The translations under genes were made by a program, and so were the position numbers. Under the pieces are notes generated by a model that had not been told where the DNA came from, did no database searches, and saw only the letters and a program-made list of their open reading frames with translations. Positions 33,870 to 43,248 of a DNA stretch of 64,000 bases are shown piece by piece; position 1 is the stretch's first letter, and each line of letters begins with the position of its first letter. The stretch spans positions 3,683-67,682 of the forward strand of contig DASVFT010000166.1 in the NCBI GenBank assembly GCA_036379935.1. The letters run 5' to 3'. Source of the stretch: Solirubrobacteraceae bacterium (GTDB taxonomy: Bacteria > Actinomycetota > Thermoleophilia > Solirubrobacterales > Solirubrobacteraceae).

Positions 33870-35309
33870 GTGGCGGGAGTCTCGACAGCCCAACGCCGGC
33901 GCCTCTCCGAGGCGGAGACGGCGCGGGTGCTCGACGAGCTGCGCGACCTTCTTGGCGCTGACCGCGTCCTGACCGGGCGCGACGTGCGCGAGCAGCACGG
34001 GGTCGACGAGTCGTTTCACCCAGCTGCCGCCCCCGACGCCGTCGTCTATCCGACGAGCACCGACGAGGCCGCGGCGATCGTCGCCGTCTGCGCGCGCCAC
34101 CGGGCGCCACTCGTGCCGTTCGGCGCCGGCACGTCGCTCGAAGGGCATGTCGCCGCGCTGCGCGGTGGCGTCAGCGTCGACATGCGCGAGATGAACCGGA
34201 TCCTGCGCCTGTCGGTCGAGGACCTCGACGTCACCGTGCAGGCCGGCGTGACGCGCACCCAGCTCGACGCCGCACTGCGCCCCGAGGGAGTCTTCTTCCC
34301 GGTCGATCCCGGCGCCGACGCGACGCTCGGCGGCATGGTCTCGACCGGCGCCTCCGGCACCACGACCGTGCGCTACGGCGCCATGCGCGAGAACGTCCTC
34401 TCGCTCGTGGTGGTGACCGCGGACGGCGACGTGGTCCGCACGCGCTCCCGGGCGCGCAAGTCGTCGGCCGGCTACGACCTCACGCGCCTGTTCATCGGCG
34501 CGGAGGGGACGCTCGGACTCGTCTGCGAGGTCACGCTCCGTGTGCATCCGACGCCCGAGGCGATGTCCGCGGCCGTGTGCGGCTTTCCCAGGCTGCGCGA
34601 CGCGGTCGATTGCGTGGTCGCGGTCTCCCAGCACGGGATCCCCGTGGCGCGCATCGAGCTCCTCGACGAGATGCTCATCGAGGCCATCAACCGCCACGAC
34701 GACCTCGACCACCCGATCGCCCCGACGCTCTTCCTGGAGTTCCACGGAACGCCCGACGAGGTGCGGGCGCAGGCGGCCGAGACCGAACAGCTCGCCTCCG
34801 AGCACGGGGGCGAGGGCTTCCGCTGGGCCACCGACGAGAGCGAGCGCCGGCGGATGTGGGAGGCGCGCCACCGCGGCTACGCGGCGACCCAGGCGCTGCG
34901 CCCCGGATCGGCGGCGTTGGCGACCGACGCCTGCGTGCCGGTCTCCGGGCTCGTTGACACCATCCTCCAGACGCGCGCGGACCTCGACGAGCACGGCCTG
35001 ACCGGCGCGATCCTCGGCCACGTGGGCGACGGCAACTTCCACGTGACCCTGCTGGTCGACGCCGACGACCCCGCCGACGTCGAGCGCGCGATGGCCTTCC
35101 ACGATCGGCTCGTGCGCCGCGCCCTCGATCACGGCGGCACCTGCACCGGCGAGCACGGCGTCGGCTACGGCAAGGGCGCCTACCTGGAGCTCGAGCACGG
35201 CGAGGCCGCGGTGCGCATGATGCGCGCCATCAAGCACGCGCTCGACCCGCACGACATCTTCAATCCGGGCAAGGTAGCCGCTGCGGCGCCGCTTCCGGGC
35301 GACGAGTAG
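33870..35309 (+). CDS. FAD-linked oxidase (GlcD / D-lactate dehydrogenase family)
   Basis: About 479 aa from the GTG at 33870. It has the FAD-binding PCMH region PFGAGTSLEGH and a C-terminal GEHGVGYGK. The longer track ORF overlaps the TA genes and is rejected. Confidence 0.85.
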   Translation: MAGVSTAQRRRLSEAETARVLDELRDLLGADRVLTGRDVREQHGVDESFHPAAAPDAVVYPTSTDEAAAIVAVCARHRAPLVPFGAGTSLEGHVAALRGGVSVDMREMNRILRLSVEDLDVTVQAGVTRTQLDAALRPEGVFFPVDPGADATLGGMVSTGASGTTTVRYGAMRENVLSLVVVTADGDVVRTRSRARKSSAGYDLTRLFIGAEGTLGLVCEVTLRVHPTPEAMSAAVCGFPRLRDAVDCVVAVSQHGIPVARIELLDEMLIEAINRHDDLDHPIAPTLFLEFHGTPDEVRAQAAETEQLASEHGGEGFRWATDESERRRMWEARHRGYAATQALRPGSAALATDACVPVSGLVDTILQTRADLDEHGLTGAILGHVGDGNFHVTLLVDADDPADVERAMAFHDRLVRRALDHGGTCTGEHGVGYGKGAYLELEHGEAAVRMMRAIKHALDPHDIFNPGKVAAAAPLPGDE

Positions 35310-35365
35310 CCGGCCCACCCCCGGGGGCAGGGGATCGTGGCACGGCGCGGGGGTACGCCAGGCGT

Positions 35366-35722
35366 GTGTCGGCGCGAGACCGGATAGCCCACAGGGCCGA
35401 GCGCCTCGAGCTTCTGCTCGGCGGGCGGGCGCCCAGAGTGGTTCGTTGGCTGCCGGTCATCGGCGTCGCGCTGGGGATCGCGGTTGGCGCCGTCGTGTGG
35501 CTCGTCGTCGGTGCGGACGTCCTCTTCCTCCGCGAGGCGGTGCTGGCGCTCGGCGGCGTCCTCGGTCTGGTCGCGGGCCTGATGGAGCGAACGCGCGTCG
35601 GCCGCATGCTCTTGGCCGACCCGAACGTCGAGGTCCCTCCCGACCTACCCGCCGAGTTTCACCACGTGGTGCGGGGCTTCGACCATCGCGAGGACGCGAT
35701 GGCACGGCGCGACCGCTTCTAG
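35366..35722 (+). CDS. hypothetical membrane protein
   Basis: 118 aa from a GTG start, with two hydrophobic segments (WLPVIGVALGIAVGAVVWLVV; LALGGVLGLVAGL). I do not recognise a family. Confidence 0.4.
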   Translation: MSARDRIAHRAERLELLLGGRAPRVVRWLPVIGVALGIAVGAVVWLVVGADVLFLREAVLALGGVLGLVAGLMERTRVGRMLLADPNVEVPPDLPAEFHHVVRGFDHREDAMARRDRF

Positions 35723-35756
35723 CCGGCGGTCCGGTCGCGCGCTACCCTGGATCGTG

Positions 35757-36081
35757 CAGGCTAGGCAGCCGCGGCGGGACAGACAGCCCGTCGAGGAAAG
35801 TCCGGACACCGCAGGGCAGGGTGGTCGGTGACACCGACCCGGGGAAACCCGCGGGAAAGTGCCACAGAAACACACCGCCGATGGCGGAGCCTCTCGAGAG
35901 CTCCGCACAGGCAAGGTTGAAATGGTGCGGTAAGAGCGCACCAGCGTCGCGGCGACGCGGCGGCTGGGCAAACCCCACCCGGTGCAAGGCCAAGCAGGAC
36001 CGCTTGCAGGTGACCCGCCAAGGTCCAGGTCGGCCGCAGAGAGAGATGGCTGCCCACGACAGAATCCGGCTTATCGGCCTG
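35757..36081 (+). ncRNA. rnpB: RNase P RNA, bacterial type A
   Basis: Universally conserved blocks are present: GAGGAAAGTCCGGAC, GCCACAGAAACA, GGTAAGAGCGCACC, GGGCAAACCCCACC, ACAGAATCCGGCTTA. P1 pairing is CAGGC (35757) with GCCTG (36077). The ends are approximate. Confidence 0.9.
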
Positions 36082-36092
36082 ATACGGAAAAG

Positions 36093-36113
36093 CCCCGCTC
36101 CGGCGGGGTTTTT
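36093..36113 (+). terminator. rho-independent terminator after rnpB
   Basis: CCCCGC-tccg-GCGGGG followed by TTTTT. Confidence 0.7.
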
Positions 36114-36171
36114 CTATGCCTTGGCAAGCGGATGATTCGTGACGCACCCATGACGTGCGAGCGACAGCCGT

Positions 36172-36855
36172 TCAGACCGCCGCGTGCGCGAGCGCCGAGG
36201 GGCTGTGGCGGCTGACGATCGCGGGGGCCTCGTGGACGAGATCGTCGTCCTCGAGGGCTTCGACCATGAACATGGCGAAGTCCACGCGGCGCGTGATGTT
36301 GCTTTCGAGCACGGGGTCGCCCACGTGGCGGCTCCACACAGGCAGACCCTGGCTGTCGCCCTCCTCGAGGTCGCTGCCGCGCACGACGGTCCAGCGGGTG
36401 TCACTGGCGAAGATGCGCCGGCACGCCTCCACCTGATCGTCGAGGTCGGCGAAGCGGGCGAGGCGTGCCAGAGGCCCGCCGACCTTGACGAGCGCCTTGA
36501 TGCGCCACGAATAGACGTCCTGGCCATCGCGGGTGATGTGCCACCCGCACGAGAAGACGAGGCGGGCTCCCGGCCCGGCGTAGTCGAGGACCGCCTGGGC
36601 CGTTCCCGTGGAGTACCCATGCACTCCCCGCGGGACGAGCACGACGAGCACGCCGCCGCAGCCCGCCACCGCCCGGCGGATGACCTCGCGGTCGTCGGTC
36701 GCGCCGGGAACGATGCTGATCCGTCCGTCGAAGTCGGCGAGCTTGCCCACGCTCTGCTCGCGGCACACGGCGACCACCTCGTGTCCGCGGTCCAGCGCGT
36801 GCTGGACCATGTACCTCCCGAGCTTCCCGGACGCACCGACGATGCAGATCCTCAT
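36172..36855 (-). CDS. NAD(P)H-binding (NmrA/atypical SDR-like) protein
   Basis: 227 aa from MRICIVGASGKLGRYMVQHALDRGHEVVAV (Rossmann GxxGxxG). An alternative ATG lies 15 nt upstream. Confidence 0.7.
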   Translation of the reverse strand: MRICIVGASGKLGRYMVQHALDRGHEVVAVCREQSVGKLADFDGRISIVPGATDDREVIRRAVAGCGGVLVVLVPRGVHGYSTGTAQAVLDYAGPGARLVFSCGWHITRDGQDVYSWRIKALVKVGGPLARLARFADLDDQVEACRRIFASDTRWTVVRGSDLEEGDSQGLPVWSRHVGDPVLESNITRRVDFAMFMVEALEDDDLVHEAPAIVSRHSPSALAHAAV

Positions 36856-37547
36856 GCGACCTCTTCCCATCCTCGATTCGTCCCCGCGGGCTCGACGACG
36901 CTGGAGGATCTGCCCCCCACCGGTTTCGCCGCCGATCCTGGCACGGGGCCGACGCGCGCTCCGGCATCGTGGCTGCGGCGAGCGGCTTCGAGACCCGCGT
37001 GCCAGCCCGGGGCGCGACCGTGCGCCGGCGGCAAGACGAGGTCTGTGGAGAGACCCGCGGTCGCAATGAGCCACGCGATCACCGAGTTGGAGTTCCACAT
37101 GTCGCCTGCGTGCAGCTCGTCGCGTCCCCACACGGGCGTCGGCACGACGGTGATCACGTCGAGCAGCCGGCGCGCAACGTGCGGATCGCTGCTCAGCCGC
37201 CGTGGGGTGCCCACAGCCTCGCGGAGATCGGGAATCGACCCGCCACGCCAGCAGCGGACCTCGTAGCGAAACAGGCGCCACCAGCCAATGGAGCGGCTGC
37301 CGACGGGGCCCGTGGCGACGACGCCTCGACTCGCCTCGTCGTCGTCCGGGGACGGCGCGACCTCGACGGTATAGCGCTCGCCGGCGAGCTCAATGACGAG
37401 CGCCGCGTGATAGAGGTCGCATCGTGGCCGACGCTGGCGCGCGGCTTCGATGGCCTCGAACACGCGGCCGTTGAAGCGGACGGAGTGACCGCCCGCGCCG
37501 AGCGGGATCCAATACAGATCCACGGCTGCTGTGCGCGACGTCTGCAT
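36852..37547 (-). CDS. conserved hypothetical protein
   Basis: About 231 aa from MQTSRTAAVDLYWIPLGAGGHSVRFNGRVFEAIEAA. The core composition is non-biased and the C-terminal tail is low-complexity. It has an ATGA overlap with the downstream gene. I do not recognise a family. Confidence 0.5.
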   Translation of the reverse strand: MQTSRTAAVDLYWIPLGAGGHSVRFNGRVFEAIEAARQRRPRCDLYHAALVIELAGERYTVEVAPSPDDDEASRGVVATGPVGSRSIGWWRLFRYEVRCWRGGSIPDLREAVGTPRRLSSDPHVARRLLDVITVVPTPVWGRDELHAGDMWNSNSVIAWLIATAGLSTDLVLPPAHGRAPGWHAGLEAARRSHDAGARVGPVPGSAAKPVGGRSSSVVEPAGTNRGWEEVA

Positions 37548-37628
37548 GGTCGTGGCCGGAGGCTCGCCGCCAGAGCGTCGCCCGCCATCCGCAGTTGCAC
37601 GCACGGCGAGTGCGGATTGCCCGCAGCC

Positions 37629-38285
37629 TCAGCCCGCGCGCGCCACGCCGCGCTGTGACGGCCCCACGTGCTCGCGCAGCCAGCGCACCAGCGGGGTCGC
37701 CGACTCGAGCTCCTCGCGCACGCGCTTGCCGGCTCCAGGGCGGTGCAGCCACGGGCCGAGCGGGTGGCGACGGTGGACGGTGAGGCTGCGGCGCCGCAGC
37801 AGGTCCGCGCGTGGGTGGTCCGCCGGATAGCCGCGCGGGACGCGCGCCAGCGCGGGCGCGCCGAGCTCGAAGCCTGCGGCCTGCGCGCGTCCCAGCGCCC
37901 GTGCCAGCGGGGCCGCGGTGCGCCCGGCGTCGATCGCGCGTCGCAGGCGGTCGACCTGGTCGGCCGCGGGGGCGTGGATCCCGGCGGCGACGAGGAAGCC
38001 GTCGAGCGAGAGCTCGACGTAGTAGCCGCCCGCGCCCTCGTGCCCGATGGCGAGACCGAGCTGCTCCTTGATTGGCGGACGCGCGTGGAAGCGGGTGTCG
38101 TTCCACGGGCGGAACAGGTGCGGGCGCCCGAGGTCGGCGAGGTCGGCGGCCAGCGCGCGGGCCGGCGCCACCAGGTGCTCGTCGTAGCGCGCGCGGTTCG
38201 CCTTGAACCAGTCGCGGTCGTTGTTGGCCTCGAGGTCTGAGAGGAACTCGAGCGCCTCGGGCGGGAAGCCACGGAAGGCCGGCAT
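37629..38285 (-). CDS. DUF2461 (TIGR02453) family protein
   Basis: 218 aa. FPPEALEFLSDLEANNDRDWFKANRARYDEH and GYYVELS are typical of this family. Confidence 0.7.
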   Translation of the reverse strand: MPAFRGFPPEALEFLSDLEANNDRDWFKANRARYDEHLVAPARALAADLADLGRPHLFRPWNDTRFHARPPIKEQLGLAIGHEGAGGYYVELSLDGFLVAAGIHAPAADQVDRLRRAIDAGRTAAPLARALGRAQAAGFELGAPALARVPRGYPADHPRADLLRRRSLTVHRRHPLGPWLHRPGAGKRVREELESATPLVRWLREHVGPSQRGVARAG

Positions 38286-38314
38286 GGGCTGGATGATGAC
38301 TAGGCTCCTGGACC

Positions 38315-40054
38315 ATGCGCTTCGGGCTCTTCTACGAGCACCAGATCCCCCGTCCGTGGGGCGACGACGGCGAGCACCGCCTCATCCAGCACGCGCTCGA
38401 GCAGGTCGAGATCGCCGATCGCATGGGCTTCGACTACGTCTGGGAGGTCGAGCACCACTTCCTCGAGGAGTACTCGCACTCCAGTGCCTCGGGCGTGTTC
38501 CTGGGCGCCGCCTCGCAGCGGACGAAGCGCATCCGCCTGGGTCTCGGGATCCTGCCGCTCCCGACCGGGTACCAGCATCCCGCGCGCGTGGCCGAGACCG
38601 CGGCCATGCTCGACCTAGTGTCGGGTGGGCGCGTCGAGCTCGGCACCGGCGAGACGTCCAGCGGCGCCGAGCTCGAGGGCTTCGGCGTCGACCGCGAGAC
38701 CAAGCGCGCGCAATGGGAGGAGATGCTCCCGGTCGTCGCGCGGATGATGGTCGAGGAGCCGTTCGCCGGCGTCGACGGTCGCTTCCTGCGGATGCCGCCG
38801 CGCAACGTCGTGCCCAAGCCGCTGCAGAAGCCGCACCCGCCGCTGTGGGTGGCGTGCTCGCGGCGCGAGACGATCCGCCTGGCCGCCGAGAAGGGCATCG
38901 GCGCCCTGAGCTTCTCCTTCGTCGAGCCCGAGGAGGCCAAGGCGTGGGTCGACGAGTACCGCGCGATCGTCGCCAGCGAGCGCTGCGTCCCCGGCGGCTT
39001 CGCCGTCAACCCCCAGGTCGCCGTGGTGCTGCCGATGATGTGCGCTCCCGACGAGGCGCAGGCCATCGAGCGCGGCATCGACGGCGCGCACTTCTTCGGC
39101 TACTCGCTGGCGCACTACTACGTCTTCGGCGACCACCGTCCGGGGCGCACGAACATCTACGAGGAGTTCCTCGCCCGCCGCGACGAGGTCGGCTTCGCGC
39201 GCTCCATCATCACCGACGGCGGCGCGCCGCTGGGGGTGCGCGTGCTGCAGCAGGGGCTGGGCTCGCTACGCGGCGCGATCGGCTCGCCCGCACAAGTGCG
39301 CGACCTGTGCCGCCGCTACGAGGAGGCGGGCGTCGACCAGGTCGTCTTCGTCATGCAGGCGGGCCGCAACCGCCACGCGCACATCTGCGAGTCGATCGAG
39401 CTCTTCGCCGCCGAGGTGATGCCCGAGTTCGCCGAGCGCGCCGACGCGGCCGACGCGGCGCGCGCCGAGCGCTTCGGCGCGGCCATCGAAGCCGCCCTCG
39501 CGCGCCGCGAGCCGCCGCGCGCGAGCGACCCCGACTACGCGATCGTGCCGACCGCGTCCGGGCCGCCGGCCGAGTCCGGGCTCGCGCGGGCGACCGCCAA
39601 CGGCCGCCCGCGCCTCGCCGCCGTCCAGGGACTGCTGACCGACCAGGGCGAGCGCGCCTTCCGGGCCTTCGTGCGACGCTCCGACGACCTGCGCCTGGAG
39701 CGCACGGTCGGCACCCAGCGCGGGCTGAGGGTCGTCTTCGGCGCGATGGCGCAGGCCTTCGAGCCCGACAAGGCCGGCGGCTTCGTCGGCGAGCTGCAGT
39801 ACGAGCTCACGCGCGCGGACGGGGAGGTCATCAGCTGGACGCTCTCGCTCGACGCCCGGCGCGCCCGCGCGCGACCCGGGGCCGCCGGCGCCCCCGCGCT
39901 GACGCTCAAGGTCGGGCTGGCCGACTTCGTGCGCCTCGCCGGCCGCGACCTCGATCCCGGCAAGGCGCTGCTGACCGGGCGGATCGACATGGAGGGCGAC
40001 CTCGCGCTGGCGGCGCGGCTGGGCGAGATGTTCGGCCAGCCGAGCGCGCTGTAG
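38315..40054 (+). CDS. LLM-class (luciferase-like) flavin-dependent oxidoreductase fused to a C-terminal SCP2-like domain
   Basis: 579 aa. MRFGLFYEHQ...FDYVWEVEHHF...RVELGTGE form the LLM TIM-barrel. The last ~110 aa (ALTLKVGLADFVRLAGRDLDPGKALLTGRIDMEGDLALAARLGEMF) look like SCP2 sterol-carrier domains. Confidence 0.8.
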   Translation: MRFGLFYEHQIPRPWGDDGEHRLIQHALEQVEIADRMGFDYVWEVEHHFLEEYSHSSASGVFLGAASQRTKRIRLGLGILPLPTGYQHPARVAETAAMLDLVSGGRVELGTGETSSGAELEGFGVDRETKRAQWEEMLPVVARMMVEEPFAGVDGRFLRMPPRNVVPKPLQKPHPPLWVACSRRETIRLAAEKGIGALSFSFVEPEEAKAWVDEYRAIVASERCVPGGFAVNPQVAVVLPMMCAPDEAQAIERGIDGAHFFGYSLAHYYVFGDHRPGRTNIYEEFLARRDEVGFARSIITDGGAPLGVRVLQQGLGSLRGAIGSPAQVRDLCRRYEEAGVDQVVFVMQAGRNRHAHICESIELFAAEVMPEFAERADAADAARAERFGAAIEAALARREPPRASDPDYAIVPTASGPPAESGLARATANGRPRLAAVQGLLTDQGERAFRAFVRRSDDLRLERTVGTQRGLRVVFGAMAQAFEPDKAGGFVGELQYELTRADGEVISWTLSLDARRARARPGAAGAPALTLKVGLADFVRLAGRDLDPGKALLTGRIDMEGDLALAARLGEMFGQPSAL

Positions 40055-41235
40055 TGGTCGTCCCGCGCTACGACGAGGGCGGGTTCGCGGCCCTGCCGGC
40101 GACGGTGGCGCGGCTGCTGGGCGTGGGGGAGGGCGGTGTGGCGCTCGAGGGCCTGCCGGTGCCCGCGCGCCGCGTCGTGCTCGTACTGCTCGACGCGTTC
40201 GGCTGGCCCTTCTTCACCCGCCACGGTGACCATCCGCTGCTGCGCCGCCTCGACGTGGTGGCGCGGCTGACGACCCAGTTCCCGGCCACGACGACCGCGC
40301 ACATCACGACGCTGCACAGCGGGCTGGGAGTGGGCGAGCACGGGCTGTACGAGTGGAACGTCTACGACCCCGCGCTCGACGCGCTCGTCACGCCGCTGCT
40401 GTTCTCGTTCGCCGGCGACGGCGCGCGCGACACGCTGCTGCGCGCGGGCGTCGACCCGACGGTCGTGCTGCCGTCGCCGACGACCTTCCACGAGCGCCTG
40501 GGCGCGGCCGGCGTGGCCTCGCACGTCTTCGAGCCCGCCGCCTTCGCCCCCTCGACCTACGACGGCGTGCTGGCGCGCGGCGCGCACATCCACCCGATGG
40601 CCGACCTGCCCTCGGGGCTCGTCGAGCTGGCGGCCACGCTGCGCGCGGCCGAGGCGCCGGCCTACGCCTACGTGTACTGGGACGAGCTCGACACCACCGG
40701 CCACCTGCGGGGCCCTTCGTCGCGCGAGTTCGCGGCCGTGGCGGAGCGCTGCCTCGACGCCCTCGACGTTGGCCTGCGCGCGCTGCCCGAGGGGACCGTG
40801 GTCCTCCTGGCCGCCGATCACGGGCAGGTGGACGTCGACCCGGCCACCACCGTCTACGTCAACGAGGCGTGGCCGCAGCTGCCGGGGCTGCTGGCGCACG
40901 GGGCCGGTGGTCGTGTCCTCGCGCCCGCCGGCTCCGCGCGCGACCTCTTCCTGCACTGCCGTCCCGGCACGGTCGACGAGGTCGCCGGCGGCCTCGCTCG
41001 CCTGCTCGGCGAGCGCGCCACCGTGCACCGGGTCGCCGACCTCGTCGCCGCCGGGTGGTTCGGTCCCGTCGGCGAGCGCCTGCGCGCGCGGCTACCCGAC
41101 CTCTGCGTGCTCCCCGCGCCCGGCGAGACCGTCTGGTGGCGCGAGCGCCACCGCTTCGACATGCGCTTCCTCGGCCACCACGGCGGGCTGTCAGACGACG
41201 AGGCGCGGACCCAGGTGGCCGCCCTCGTCGTCTGA
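40054..41235 (+). CDS. alkaline-phosphatase-superfamily protein (nucleotide pyrophosphatase/phosphodiesterase-like)
   Basis: About 393 aa from the GTG at 40054, which overlaps the upstream TAG by 1 nt. Motifs: VLVLLDAFGW, TTLHSGLGVGEHG, LLAADHGQVD. Confidence 0.65.
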   Translation: MVVPRYDEGGFAALPATVARLLGVGEGGVALEGLPVPARRVVLVLLDAFGWPFFTRHGDHPLLRRLDVVARLTTQFPATTTAHITTLHSGLGVGEHGLYEWNVYDPALDALVTPLLFSFAGDGARDTLLRAGVDPTVVLPSPTTFHERLGAAGVASHVFEPAAFAPSTYDGVLARGAHIHPMADLPSGLVELAATLRAAEAPAYAYVYWDELDTTGHLRGPSSREFAAVAERCLDALDVGLRALPEGTVVLLAADHGQVDVDPATTVYVNEAWPQLPGLLAHGAGGRVLAPAGSARDLFLHCRPGTVDEVAGGLARLLGERATVHRVADLVAAGWFGPVGERLRARLPDLCVLPAPGETVWWRERHRFDMRFLGHHGGLSDDEARTQVAALVV

Positions 41236-41261
41236 TCGCGCCGGCCCCCCAGCGGCGAGCC

Positions 41262-41840
41262 TCAGCTTCCGTCGAACGGCTTGACGAGCGGGTTGAAGCT
41301 CGCGAAGAGCCCGGACGGGTTCGGGTACCACAGCCAGACGTGCATCGTCACGAGATCCGGGTGCCAGAAGCCGAACTTGGCGCCGGTCTTGCGGTTCTTG
41401 GGCTTGCACTTGTCCTGCGTGGCGGCGAACACGAAGGTCCCGTCCGCGTAGTGGCAGGCCGCTCCGAACGAGCCGTAGCGCGCGCCGGGAAGCGGCGGCG
41501 TGACCGGCTTCTTCGGGAAGACCCATTCGAGGGCTGCGAGCTGCCAGCCGCGTCCACGGCGCTCGTAGACGAGGATCGGCGGGCGCCGCACGTCGAACGC
41601 CTGGATCGTCGGGTTCATGTAGTGGTAGCCCATGCTCGGGATCATCCGGGTGATGATCTGATAGCCGTCGGCTCGCGCGCGGCCGAGGCTCGTGGCGTAC
41701 TTGCCGGTCGCGAGCCGCGCCGCCGCGAGCTGGTCGGCCAGGGCCGAGCGCCCAGCGGGAGGCTTCGCGGTGGCCACGATGCCGACCCCCAGCGCGAGGG
41801 CCAGGGCGATCGCCATCGACAACAGTGCACGCTTGGACAT
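41262..41840 (-). CDS. secreted hypothetical protein
   Basis: 192 aa from the ATG at 41840 (SD AAGGGGAG), with signal peptide MSKRALLSMAIALALALGVGIVATA. I do not recognise a family. Confidence 0.6.
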   Translation of the reverse strand: MSKRALLSMAIALALALGVGIVATAKPPAGRSALADQLAAARLATGKYATSLGRARADGYQIITRMIPSMGYHYMNPTIQAFDVRRPPILVYERRGRGWQLAALEWVFPKKPVTPPLPGARYGSFGAACHYADGTFVFAATQDKCKPKNRKTGAKFGFWHPDLVTMHVWLWYPNPSGLFASFNPLVKPFDGS

Positions 41841-41962
41841 CTGCTCCCCTTTCGTCGGTGGCGGCCACGCTACGAGCGCCCGGCGAGGAGCACATCGGGC
41901 AAGCGACCCATCTTTTCCGGCGCCGATACCTAGTTTGGGCTTGCCTCGACAGAGAACCGATG

Positions 41963-41976
41963 CGAACATGTGTTCG
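41963..41976. promoter_or_regulatory. SOS box CGAACATGTGTTCG overlapping the imuB start
   Basis: GAAC-N4-GTTC palindrome. The candidate GTG starts at 41970 and 41976 lie inside or at the edge of the box. Confidence 0.75.
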
Positions 41977-43166
41977 TGTCTTCTGTCGTCTGCGTCCTGC
42001 TGCCGCGCTTCGAGCTCGCCGTCGCCGCCGGCTCGCGCGCGGCGCTCCTGAAGGCACCCGCCGCGCTGGCTCCCGAGCCCGGCCGCGAGCAGTTCGTAGG
42101 GGAGGTCTCGGCGGCGGCGCAGGCGTTCGGCATCCATCCGGGCATGCGGATGGGGGAGGCGCTGGCGCGCTGCCCGCGGCTGGCTCTGGTCCCGCCCGAC
42201 CCGGTGGGAGTAGCCGAGGTCTGGGAGCGGATCCTCGCCCGCCTGGAGGCGACGGGTGCGCTGGTGGAGCCGGGGCGCCCCGGCCTGGCCTGCTTCGAGG
42301 CCCGCGGCCTGCGGCGCTTGCACGGCGGCTCGCTGGACGGGGTGCTGGGCGCCGTGCGCGAGGCGCTGCGCCGCGCCACCGTGGCGCGCCTCGGCGCCGG
42401 TCCCTCGCGCTTCTGCGCGGTCGTCGCCGCCGCGGCGCGCGCCCGCGCGCGCCGCCCGGGCTTCGTCGGCGGCGCCGGCGATCTGGCCGCTCAGCCCGTC
42501 GCGCTGCTGCGCCATCGCCCCGAGCTGGCGGCGCTGCCGCAGGAGCTCGAGCGCCTGGGGATCGTCACGCTCGGTGCCCTGGCCGCCCTGCCGCGCGATG
42601 CGATGGCCGACCGCTTCGGTCGTCCCGGGCTGCTGGCCCACGATCTCGCCTGCGGGCGCGACACGCCGCTGCGTCCGCGCCGTCCCGGCGAGGTGCTCGA
42701 GGAGGTCCTCGAGCTCGAGGAGTCCTCCTCGGGGGCTGCGCTCGAGCGCGCGCTCGGCCTGCTGATCGATCGCCTGCTGGCCCGCCGCGAGCGCGACGGG
42801 CGCACGCTGCGCGCCGTCGTGCTCGGCGCGGCGCTGGTCGAGGGCGGCACGTGGCGCGAGCGTGTCGTGTTCCGCGAGCCCCTGGCCGACGCCGGGCGCA
42901 TGCGCCTCGTCCTCGGCCAGCGCCTGGCGCTGCTGCCGGCGCCGGCCGAGAGCGTGCGCCTGTCCGTCGAGCGCTTCGGTCCGCCGCATCCCGCGGGCGC
43001 GGCGCTCTTCGACGACGGTCGCGCCCGTCGACAGGCGCGCCTGCGCGAGGCCATCCACCAGACGCGAGCGGCGGCCGGCCCCGAGGCCGCGCTGCGCATC
43101 CTGGCCGTCGATCCCGACTCGCGGGTCCCCGAGCGCCGCGCCGTGCTGACGCCCTTCGAGGTGTGA
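41970..43166 (+). CDS. imuB: Y-family DNA polymerase-like protein ImuB (lacks catalytic acidic motif)
   Basis: 398 aa. The N-terminus VCVLLPRFELAVAA replaces the DxDxF(F/Y)A motif. FGIHPGMRMGEALARCPRL is a Y-family palm/fingers-like segment. It is SOS-box controlled and sits upstream of dnaE2. Confidence 0.7.
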   Translation: MFVSSVVCVLLPRFELAVAAGSRAALLKAPAALAPEPGREQFVGEVSAAAQAFGIHPGMRMGEALARCPRLALVPPDPVGVAEVWERILARLEATGALVEPGRPGLACFEARGLRRLHGGSLDGVLGAVREALRRATVARLGAGPSRFCAVVAAAARARARRPGFVGGAGDLAAQPVALLRHRPELAALPQELERLGIVTLGALAALPRDAMADRFGRPGLLAHDLACGRDTPLRPRRPGEVLEEVLELEESSSGAALERALGLLIDRLLARRERDGRTLRAVVLGAALVEGGTWRERVVFREPLADAGRMRLVLGQRLALLPAPAESVRLSVERFGPPHPAGAALFDDGRARRQARLREAIHQTRAAAGPEAALRILAVDPDSRVPERRAVLTPFEV

Positions 43167-43182
43167 TGTTGCGCCGCTCCGC

Positions 43183-43231
43183 GAGGCCGCCCCGCCGGGC
43201 GAGGCCGCCCCGCCGGGCGAGGCCGCCCCGC
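43183..43231. repeat. 18-nt tandem repeat GAGGCCGCCCCGCCGGGC x2.7
   Basis: Read directly between the imuB stop and the next ORF. Confidence 0.9.
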
Positions 43232-43248
43232 TCCGCGCCCGGCGCCCC

